This document shows positions 53,901-64,000 of a DNA stretch of 64,000 bases, in pieces. Source of the stretch: Phoronis australis (Eukaryota > Animalia > Phoronida). Where the stretch lies: positions 124,001 through 188,000 of the forward strand of contig NMRA01000542.1 of assembly GCA_002633005.1 (NCBI GenBank), read 5' to 3'. The notes below the pieces were generated by a model. It was not told where the DNA came from, made no database searches, and saw only the letters and a program-made list of their open reading frames with translations. Each line of letters opens with the position of its first letter. Position 1 is the stretch's first letter. A program made the position numbers and the translations under genes.

Positions 53901-54403
53901 CGTGTATTTTTTGGAAACATAATGTTGCGAGGAATCGAACAATACCAAAATCATATGTGTAGTCGTAGACTGTAGTGTACCCGATTTGTTAGGTGAATTG
54001 TCACTTTCATAAACAAATTTACACCAAGTCTATCAAAGAATGAAAGATGCATGTAACTGCAAGTCTAGTGTGTCCACCAGTCCTCTGCCTCTGGGGCAAC
54101 GGCACACACACAACATCCACACCGCATTCCAGTCACAGCTCAGGCACAGCCACAGCCACAGGCATAAAGGCTTATAGGCAATGACCATCGCCACTGTTCG
54201 GGCCAACAGAGGCGATGTCGATGATCATTGCCTGACAGTGACACTGACAGGCTTACAGCTCACACACGATGGCAATAATGAATGTCTTACTCTAATTGTC
54301 GCATTAACGAATTCTTCTCATCTTGCTTGATACCGTGTCTCTGGCCAAGCAAAATTTGAGCAATAGTTGCTCTAGCAACAGAACTTAAAGAAGTTAATGT
54401 CAT
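38973..54403 (-). CDS. Cys-containing leucine-rich repeat protein (AMN1/FBXL-like) with a large acidic Ser-rich insertion, ~976 aa
   Basis: 12 phase-consistent GT-AG exons: 54403-54291, 53435-53262, 52757-52613, 49957-49838, 47847-47725, 46871-45578, 43052-42915, 42496-42366, 41470-41209, 40165-40052, 39568-39477, 39197-38973 (2931 nt). Repeated LxxLxLxxCxxITD motifs include LQSLDLSGCNDV, LEHVNLSMCENITD, LKKLDLSWCEDITS and LRYLDLEYCDKVTD. Confidence 0.85.
44068..45310. repeat. Intronic repeat element with ~145-bp subunits, each carrying a GCCACTAG(G/A)NGGC motif
   Basis: The motif occurs near 44156, 44288, 44324, 44487 (degenerate), 44633, 44770, 44916, 45061 and 45207. Higher-order similarity at ~430 bp is visible in the twin ORFs 44549 and 44974. 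Confidence 0.75.
48326..48410. mobile_element. Terminus of a pogo/Tc1-type non-autonomous element
   Basis: TA|ccatattccccctaataagcgccc with repeated ataagcgccc subterminal motifs. The partner end was not identified. Confidence 0.4.
52070..52626. repeat. 28-bp minisatellite, 20 copies, with an 84-bp higher-order repeat; overlaps the exon 3 donor of the LRR gene
   Basis: Unit catcatgactgtatacttacatgt plus acaa, atca or acta. These three variants cycle five times. Confidence 0.95.
53740..53901. mobile_element. Palindromic MITE (related diverged copy at about 45445-45530)
   Basis: Arms aaaatggctaccgggaaccagtttcactgaataa and ttattcagtgaaaactggttctcggcagccatttt. Confidence 0.65.
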
Positions 54404-54729
54404 GATAAAGTAGTGTTATAAACAGGAACAACGGACAGCTGATTACATTTTTACGCGTGCACTTCCGAATGGGTTTTCCAACAGACAAGAGTGCTGCACT
54501 CTAAATACCAAAACGTTTCAAACTTACAAACATAAAACTTAAGGTATAATATATCATAAATTTAAAATTTGATATTTAAAAAATATATAATGAATGTTTA
54601 TTATAAAATGTAGCACTTTTCTACTTTATTGATTATACGGTTATGAATTTAATAGCCTCAAAACTGAAAACTTCCGCTTTGTCTGTCTGATGAAAACACA
54701 AGGTGTGAGTCCCTGAAACTGAAACGACG
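54404..54729. promoter_or_regulatory. Putative bidirectional promoter between the LRR gene and OPA3
   Basis: Only 326 bp separate the two start codons. ETS-like ACTTCCG motifs sit at ~54461 and ~54670 with an AT-rich core between them. Confidence 0.65.
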
Positions 54730-56638
54730 ATGCCGTTCCCTCTCATAAAGTTGGGGTCTCTAGTCCTAAAACAGCTCAGTAAACCTCTAGCTAACTGGAT
54801 TAAAAGACGCGCTAAAAATCAAGGATTTTTTAGAGACTACGTTTGTATTCCCTTTGCGCAAAGTAAGTCCTTGTCACAACTAGCAGATCACTGATCACAG
54901 GCACTGAGTGACTGAGTCTGAGTCAGTAGTTTCGCTAATGTTTGGCCTACTTGTACGGACTTTTCTCATGGTTTTCATGAGCAACAGCTTTCGAAGAAAT
55001 TTGGAATGTTCTAGCCTTACAAACAGGTTATGTGTCTAGTGGCACTGGTGGGGTGTAGCGGTCCCTAATTTTGAGAACCAAGCAATCACTGAATAAGGGA
55101 CCATTCAGCATTTGAATGATTGGCTATCTGGTTTTCAAGGAATAATTGACTCCAAAGTTTCTGAAATGAAGATGTACCAAACCGTATTGACTTCTGCTGA
55201 AACTGGCATTGGACAGGCTCTGATATGTAAAATCTTTAAGAATTCATCTGCGTCATATAGTTTTTGACAATCTGACCTCTATTGACTCTATTCTATATGT
55301 CAGTGTTTGATTAAAGATTAAAGCTCCAGTATCCTTATGCTCTCATAAAATCCATATCAATAATTCTTTCCACGATATTATTCTATTTTTGTTACCAACA
55401 AGAACATCAAAGCCATCATCATCTCAAGAAAAGGCTTATCAGAGTTTATTGGGATTGATCAACTTTAAAATTGTGTATTTGAAAATGTCACAATTGTACG
55501 CCTCTGACTAAGATGGAAATAAAATCCGATATTGTGAGACCGATTTTATGAGAGCTAAAGCCCTATTTCAATTTTTGTTTTTTAAGCCAGGCAAACCAGG
55601 GAAAATAAGGCTTTAACAGAATAGCTGAAAAATAAGCCTGATTAGTCTCGAGTTTTGTGTTATTCTCTTCCTGTACTTTTGGTTTTATTTTTCGATTACA
55701 GAAAGTCGTATTTCCATATTAAGTCAAATTTGTGCTTAAAGATGCAGTCTCATTAAATTGTGAATATGCAAATGAATTACTGATTTACAAACAACCCTGT
55801 GTCCTCCAGTGTGCCGTAAACCATCCAAGAACCAGTTACCATAATTACAATCTTGCTAAAGTCTCAATTGCGAGACTACCTTTATGTAAATGATGGTAAT
55901 ATTTCATCATTACTCTGCTGAAACGAAGCATTGATTTTTATTGTTTGTTTATTTCACTATCAAATAGTCCTGAACCTGGTCCTAAGCCTGATAGTGCCTT
56001 ACTGGAATATAAAATCTCGTGGTAAGGTTGGATCTGACTTATGCAAGTTTCACTGTACATGTTATCAGGCTTGGTCTATACAGGCTAATTCGATGACGTA
56101 AACCGACAATCACTACCTCGATTGTTGGTGAGCTGGAGGTAGTAACATGGCCGTTACATGAGAATCATTTTTGTGTTCTTGGTTTATTTTAGAATATCAC
56201 AAGTGGGATGTGAAGATTCGTGGACGGTTGGCTGGCATAGGAAAGACAAAAGAAGTACAGCCATTAAACCCAGAATTAGCAGTGGAACTTGGGGCTGATT
56301 TACTGGGAGAAGCCATAATATTCTTAGTTGCATCTGGAACTATTTACATGGAATATGCCAGGGCTGCTAGAAAAGATCAGAATAAAGAAAACAAGCAGAA
56401 TTCAGATATCGATTCTATGAAGAGAGAAATGGAACATCTTAATCTTGTGATAGAAATTCAAAATGCCAAGATCAGAGGTCTTCAAAGACATATTGGGTTT
56501 GTTGACAAAGAGGTGGATATTCCAAAGTTCAGTAGGGAACTCGAGAAACCAGAAGTTAGCTGGAGTTTTGTAGGTGCAATTTATAATGGTGTCAAAAGTA
56601 TCAAAGAATCTATCGGTGGAAAAAGGACAGAGGACTGA
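54730..56638 (+). CDS. OPA3: Optic atrophy 3 protein homolog (mitochondrial), 192 aa
   Basis: Exons 54730-54862 and 56193-56638 joined by a phase-1 intron. MPFPLIKLGSLVLKQLSKPLANWIKRRAK...FFRDYVCIPFAQ and PLNPELAVELGADLLGEAIIFLVASGTIYMEYAR are OPA3 hallmark motifs, followed by a C-terminal coiled coil. Confidence 0.95.
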
Positions 56639-56910
56639 AAGTCTAGGCACTGGTGTAGTGGAGTAAATGTCTGATGGATGAATTTCATTTGGAAGAATTT
56701 GACAAGATTTTGTACTTGTTGAAAACCTTGTTTATCTGTTCAGAGTGAACATGGGCTTTGTTTGGCTAGTCACAAGTTAATCTGTATTTTTCGTAATCGT
56801 GATGAAATTGCTGTTAATGTTTTAATTAAAAGCTTTGTGAGGTGCCAAGTACAGTTCAAACCAAAAGTATTCAAATTACCCGGAAATCCCAGTTATGACA
56901 GGTAAATTTG

Positions 56911-57047
56911 TCATCAGAAAAGTCTTCCCTCGTGATCATCGTCAGAGAAGTCTTCCCTCGTGATCATCGTCAGAGGAGTCTTCCCTCGTGACCATCATCA
57001 GAGGAGTCTTCCCTCGTGATCATCGTCAGAGGAGTCTTCCCTCGTGA
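56911..57047. repeat. 28-bp tandem repeat (~5 copies) downstream of the OPA3 stop
   Basis: Unit tcatcgtcagaggagtcttccctcgtga. Confidence 0.9.
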
Positions 57048-60000
57048 CTGAGAATGAAGGGGAATTAACATCTGTTGCATCATATCTTGTTAAAACCACC
57101 ACATGCCTATGGTGTGTTGCAGTAAGTAATACCTTCAATACAGGTGAGGTACTCTTTTTTAATTATCATTTCCGCATGTGAACAAACGTGCGTTTGGAAG
57201 GAAGAAGGCAATACCTGCTAATATCATTTACTTTGAACATAACAATAGTGATGCAGGAGACAAAGTTAATCTTTAAGTACTTTACCTTATTTATTGGATG
57301 AAGAATTGTTGGAAGGTAACAATTTTTGTCAGTATACAGTCGAACATCAGGTTACATTCAATGCATATAATGTGGTTTACTTGAAGAGCAGCCTACTAGA
57401 AATGAAATGTCAAAACTTTGAGGGACTGGAAAAGGTTGTCTACATTATAAGCTCATATGATGTTTGTGGAGAGTCCCTTTACTTACACGACTCTTGTAAA
57501 ACTGTGCAATTCATGTCTGGGTATTTGTTGTAAGATAGTGTTGTGAGATAAGGTATTAAATTATGGGCAGCTTTTTTGCATTTATTTTAAATGGAAACAT
57601 TTTAATGCTGAAAGTTCATGTGGTCTAGTCTGCAACATTTTTACGGGGTAATGAATACTCAAATCCGCACAAATATCAGTGTTCATCTAAATTGCATAAA
57701 GTACTGTTCAGTTAAATTTGCTTTCACATGCAATAACAGTGAACGTATTGTACGTATTAATTTTTCATAAAGGATCTTTCACCACTACAAAACCATGAAC
57801 AGCATCAGCTGTATCTGTTTCTGCCATTTGCAATGTTAAACATTAAACACTTTTTCATGATTTCGTAATAGCACTGCATATTGCATTTATGAAGATGATT
57901 TCTAAAATGAGAATATTTTAATGAAATAAGGTAATTTATTTGCTAGTTACCAGACCTTGGATTGGTGCATAGGTCATTTTTTGCTGAACTAGCAAGATTG
58001 GCTTCTCGGCCTCGTAGGTCACAAGTAGAAATTGCAACATGACTGTCTCAAATGCCCAACAACAATTATTGGTGTTCGTGCTGGAATTATTTTAAAATGC
58101 CTTTGAATACCATTTTTGATCAAAACTAGTCTGTGAAATAATACTCTTTAAAAGCAGATGATTGTTTTGATAAAAAATTATATCAACAAGCATTTTAAAA
58201 TAAATTATATCTTCCGTTAGTAGGTTAAGGTATCAAGTGACAGAAGTGTAATGCAATATATATTCTTTATTTTCAGTTGTAATTATGGATTCATTTCGTC
58301 TACAGTTTTATGTACAAATAATTGTTTCGAGTAAAAATGGACTCGTTCTGAACTATGTACATTTTTCTAGTTTGCTGAAGTATTCCTTTCATGAATGTCA
58401 CCAAGGTCAGCAGATCCAGTCTTTACGCTACACCCCAAGTAGCTGTTTATATCACTTACAGGGGTACCCCAAATGGTTAGCTACGAGATGTGTGCCTCAA
58501 GTGACACTCGCCTCATGTCATTGTTAACCGAACACAGCGAAGCAAAATTCTCACTGACCAATGAGGTACAAAAGTAAACAGCATAAATGTAGTACAAATA
58601 ATGTTTTCAATGAACTAGCCAGAGATTTGCTATTGTCTGCTGATGCAATATTAATTTTCATTGGCTACTAGCACTTAGCTTAACTCGTCCACATGTTGTG
58701 AAGATTTACACTTGCCAGGTTCATGAAATCCAACAAGTGAGTCATTCGGCTTACTGTCTCACAAGACAAAATCTCCACAGTTCATTTTACCGCTGACATG
58801 AGCTATGAACCGAGTTCATTTGTATTCAAGGCGTGTAGCTCTACTTCACTGGCCCTTAAACAGTACCAGTGGATGCTTTCATTGCTCCCATGAAAAACTG
58901 CTATCGAAAGTGATCTATTTGGCCAAGAGTAGTTCGTGCAACTACTGGCAAACAAATTACAAGAAAAATCTTGACTTCTGTACCTACTGGCGCTATTTTA
59001 TAAATACAAAGGATGACTATTGCCCATACTTTTGAAAAAATTATGAGAATACTTAACCATTCAGTGGCAAGTCTTAGTGTTCTAAATTTCAGATTATCCT
59101 AAAAGAGGTTTTTGTAAACATTTAAAAATGTATGGTAAAATGAACTGCAACAGCATGCTTTGAATATTTCGTAATAATAATATTAATAATGTACATTGAG
59201 TGAAGGTGGTAAAACAAATGACCAAGCTAGAATATCCAGCAGAATGACACATTACAATGAACCTCTCAAGAACTTTCCTAAATGCCAAAAACTAAGGTAC
59301 ATTGCAACCAAAGTTCACTGTAATCAAATCATTTTGTGTGCAGTATAGTTCACTTTAAACTTGCAGTAAGTCATTATGGATTGGTATGTTGTAACACAGT
59401 TTGAGTGTCAAAATCAATTGACACTCCTGCCATTGCCTGATCTGCTTTGGATTGGAAATCATTTTCCATCATGGTGTGGAAATGTATTAGACAATTTATC
59501 TGCTTTATAATTTGCATTTTAGATGCTAATCATGTTGCTTTTAAGAATATTGAATTTTTGTTTTGTCATTTTAATTTATTTTGAATTGTTTGGAATAAAA
59601 ATAGACGAGTTTTCAATTTTGATTTTTTCACAAACATGCCGAGATTTTAATTTTGATTTTTTCACACACATGCCGAGATCATTGGCATTTGATTGCCAGT
59701 GTTTCAGACTTTTCTGGAGACAGCGATTAATTTTTTCTGCAATTAGTGTTAGAGAATGCTAGGACACGTGACATTTGGGAATTTATGTAACTTGATGAAA
59801 ATAATGATTTGTTCCGATGTAAAACTACATAAAAAATGTTTTAATTTGAATTTTAACTGTCTTATTCGCCAAATTTTGGTTCAGCAACTTTAAAGTAACT
59901 GTTATTTGCATGCACATTCATTCTTAAAAACATACATTATTAACAGAAGTAGTTATTAGCCTATTTAAAAAATTAACATAGTTTTTGACTGTGTATGAGT

Positions 60001-60279
60001 CTTAACAGGAGTGGACATAATACACAAGGTAAAGCAATATTCACTTGGTCCCAATCATGAAATCTAACAACCTTGATAACATCCACAAAACGAAAATTCA
60101 TTCCCCTGTGAAGAGTTCATGCAATTGACTAAAACATGGAAAAGATTCAATAAAACATGAAAACACATGCTTGTCAAATATTCCATGAATTTTCCAGAGT
60201 GAACTTTTGCAGCCCAGCTGCACACAGAAGGAACTACTGTATTTATACACACTCCACACTATAAATAAGGAAGGGTTTG

Positions 60280-63006
60280 CTATGAGGCCATATTTGCTTT
60301 CATGAATGCTTGAAGTCGATTGAGCCTTTCATCGATCTCTGTTATTTCGGCAGATCTGTTGAATGGATCGCCACGAGCAACTGTAGAATAAAAACACAGT
60401 GTTACAAATGCACATATATCACAGCAGTCTACCATATAACGTGAACAAGAATTAATTTAATTGGTGCATTGTTTAAGGCTAAGCTGGAGCGTTGTTGAAG
60501 TAAAGAGAATGGATCTGTGTTACAATATGTGAAAAAAGGAAATGCCACTTCAAAGCATAATATACCAGGAAACCCAACAAAACACTTACTGTCACAGAAT
60601 TCTAAAAATATCACAAAATGTTACAGAATTTCAGGCAAGCATATTTTGTCACCATGCAACAGAGAATCCATTATCTGTGAGTATGAAATAGACTTTAAAA
60701 TATCTTGTACTTTGCCAACTCAAATTAGAATATATTTTAGAGCAAATTTAGAGAGTAAAAACTGAGAAGAACAAAAATTACACCATGAACACAGCACAGA
60801 TATAATGGATGATTATTGTTTTAAACATTCCTAATAAAGTGGGCGATACTAGCAAACTTAAAATAGCGTCGGGGGGGTGCAAAGCAAGTTGGCAATAGTC
60901 TCTTCAACAGAAACACAACTGCCATCGCCATGGAAGTTGTGATTTGGATTTGAGATGAGATAAATTTGCACATCAAACCAACTAGAGCAATACAAAGATT
61001 TCATAACGGGACAATTCTACCACAAGAAGTAGCTGCAATATTCAAAAAAGGGTAAACCAACATCAAAAAAATAAGTTTAAAAAGGAACAGTTTTCAACAG
61101 AGGAATAAAAATATTAACCACAAAACCTCTTTCCTAGACTGAAAAAAATGTATAGATCAGTATAGTACTGCAGTAAACAGAGTGGTGTTTGCGACAAATC
61201 TCTATGTTAATTTTCAGTGAAATCCATCAATCAGTTCTCTAGATAATATACCGAAACATTCCTCCTCCTAAACATACTAAAATACCCATATAGGGGGCAG
61301 GACGTATTGAAAAGTGATATGCATCACCATAGTGATGCCTTACACCCTAGTGCCAATATCACCAAAATTCGACTGAAAATTTTTTGACAGATATACAGGG
61401 CAACTGGATGCTGGAACGGGATGGCAGGGTGCACAAAATCAACCAACGTCAAGTTTCTTGCTGTTTAAATGTTGCATATCATGAAAATCATTTGCTAGTA
61501 GAATCTGTTACTAGTAGAATCTGTTACCTTGGTCACTATAATTTTCTTTGCCTGTGTAATTCTTTCTCTTCCATTTATTTTCACTCTCAGGTGTACTTGT
61601 GGTCAGAGTGAACACTGGTCAAGGAAATCTACATTCAGGGTAATATTTTCCTCTCTGTTGTCAATATAGAATATCAAAAGGTTGCACACTACATCAAAAT
61701 ATAATTTCAGGCAGCAGTAATGCAGTCGTTTCAACAGAAATTTTCCAAAAATTGAAACATTTAAAGCTTTGTCATATTTGTAGTCTATTTTTGAATAAAG
61801 CTCAACTTTCCTCGAGTCGTTGCATTATTTGTGATTCTGTCATGCACTCCACAAAGCAGAGAGTCAGTTATATTAAAAGAAGCACACTGTGCAAGCAGTC
61901 AAATTTCAATTTCAGAAAGCATTCATTTGACAAAAGGATATATTGATCGCTGTCTCTGTTTTGGTTTCTGCAAAGGCTGAAAATAATGAAACACCAACAT
62001 TTTACACTGAAACAATTTTTCATTTAAACAACAAAACATGAGATGCTTTCAACAGTTGTTAGTCACTGATGAGTGAAATATATATGGCAATATAACACCA
62101 TGATTTTATCGACTTTGCAAGGTACTGCCTTACTGACAAGCTTCGTCAATTCGGAATGGGGGAAATAAATGGAGCACATTCAGATATTTGTTAGCCTAAT
62201 TATAAAACAATGGATAAACAATGTCAATTAACTGATCTTGTTCACAAGTGTATAAATGCATGTAGGTGGTAAAGTAATCAACACATACCACATTAGGGCT
62301 GTCCCAGGCACTCGAACTGTTGGTACGAGCTGGCTTTAGACCTGTCTTCATATTTCTATGAGAGATAAAACTAATAAAGAACAAGAAGGAAGGGAAATAT
62401 ATCAAAAACATATATCTGACGCTGCAGTCCAAAAACGAAAAAATAGAAAAGAATGGTGATCCACAAATTATAAACTGCAACATGTAGCACAAAATCTCCA
62501 TAATGTGTCTCACAACATTAGGTGTAAGCAAGACAAGACAATTACAGTGAAGTAGGAGCTAACAACTGCCAAGACTAATAAAAATCAGTTTAATTTATTA
62601 TGCAAGACACTTAATTACTAGTCGTACAGCTCAAAACATTACTAGATACTTAGCAATTTACCCAAGCAAGGGATTACTTGTAATTCATTCGTACCTTGTT
62701 CTAGATTTCTGGGATGAGTCAGATGCATTACCGTCACTAACGTAACCTTGTGACCTTTGACTTCCAACTGAAGAAGATCTGGACCTATTGCCTCGATTTC
62801 CTAAAAAGCATTGAGATGAATATTTCAAATCGGTAGTACTTTTATAGTCAGTGAAAATATGCCACACGTATCATAATCAGAAGGAGATATTTTACTAGTT
62901 CCAGTGATTTACAAGAAATACCGAGATTTTATTCTCATATTCTAGACTTACCTTTCAAGTACCCTGGGGAAGACCTGGATTTCTCCGCACTGCCTCGATT
63001 ACTAGG
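60280..63006 (-). CDS. CCDC61: Centrosomal protein CCDC61 (VFL3)-like, 3' exons; the gene continues beyond the window
   Basis: Exons 63006-62952, 62800-62695, 62355-62289, 61614-61528 and 60380-60280. One small linking exon between 62289 and 61614 was not resolved. The region is Ser/Arg-rich and ends SAEITEIDERLNRLQAFMKANMAS*, resembling the CCDC61 C-terminus (MAEIDARLKALQEYM). Confidence 0.7.
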
Positions 63007-64000
63007 CTGCAAAATTCTTTGCCTAAATAAGCAGAAACAAAAAACAGAACAATAAAAAAGCCACAGTGTTGTCCAAGCAAAAAAATGCAATATGACTTTT
63101 GACGCCAACGTAAATAAACTCGTGCATTCACTGACCTACGCACACATCTCCGTTGTACACCCAATCCAGTTTCATTGAGAAAAGGAACATTGTATGTGTA
63201 CAGCAAAGCTTATAAAAAGATCAAAGAAAACAAAGCTACAAAATAAGCATGCAAAGTGACCAATTGTTTTCACTTGTGACCAACACATTCACCAAGATGA
63301 AAGAGAAACATTGCTTAATTCCTCTTTGTCAATACAGCTTTGTTAATGTGACAAGATGTCACACCAATTTCATGAGCGTACAAACCATACCCTTTCCCCT
63401 CCCCCCAAAGCATATGAAAATGGGAATATTTTTGGGGTCTATGTTTTTTATCAAGTATACTGTCTTCAAAGTTATACGCCAGTATTGGTATAAAAATAGA
63501 ATATTATTTTCATGATTAATTCTTTGTGTATTTTGTTTTTGCCAGGTTGGATCTTGGTAAAATTTCTGTTATTGGCTGTTTTGTCACGTTTTAACAACGT
63601 GAAAAAGTTGTTTGGCTGTTCTTGCAAAAGTGAAACATTTTAAGAGCAAATCATAATAGTGATTGGAGCACATTGCATAAAACGTTGTATTGCCTTTCAT
63701 TTGAATCTGATCAGCCATTTCTGAGATATGATGTTCGGAGGTTAGACAAAATTGGATGGTTTTGTTACGATATCTACCACTAGGTGGCGACAGTTACTGG
63801 TAGTCCTACATAACCTTAAGAGAGAAATTTAAAATAGAAAGTACAAACCTTTTTGCATTAACCTCTCCCTGCTTCCTTTCCCTATCTTTTATATAAGCTG
63901 TTGGGTCAAATCGCGGTTTCCGTGTGCCTACAACAAGAAATTCCACATTGACTATTTTACGATTATTGATTTGTTGGATACCTGCCAGATGCCGGCTAGC

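Noticed and set aside
56911-57047. Tandem hammerhead ribozymes (CTGACGA on the minus strand)
   Set aside because: No GAAA core after a plausible stem II. This is a simple minisatellite.

Overview
This is eukaryotic (metazoan, most likely marine invertebrate) draft genomic DNA. It is AT-rich, has spliceosomal introns and contains assembly gaps. I reconstructed five spliced genes by hand, checking intron phases. (1) The last 3 coding exons of an orexin/allatotropin-type class A GPCR (+). (2) A 13-exon DTHD1-like ZU5/death-domain gene (+, ~1049 aa) that needs a GC-AG intron. (3) A 12-exon Cys-containing LRR (AMN1/FBXL-like) gene (-, ~976 aa) with a ~400-aa acidic insert. (4) OPA3 (+), head-to-head with the LRR gene. 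(5) The 3' exons of a CCDC61-like gene (-). The rest is rich in DNA transposon remnants: an internally deleted Kolobok with a THAP ORF and a convergent KolX-like ORF, a Harbinger fragment, three MITEs with 5-bp TSDs, TA-flanked MITEs and hairpins. The most unusual observation is a 20-copy 28-bp minisatellite with a 3-unit higher-order structure that is built from a real exon/intron junction of the LRR gene. It creates an array of consensus 5' splice sites behind an in-frame stop. No prokaryotic systems such as CRISPR or operons are supported. All family names come from motif recognition, not database searches.
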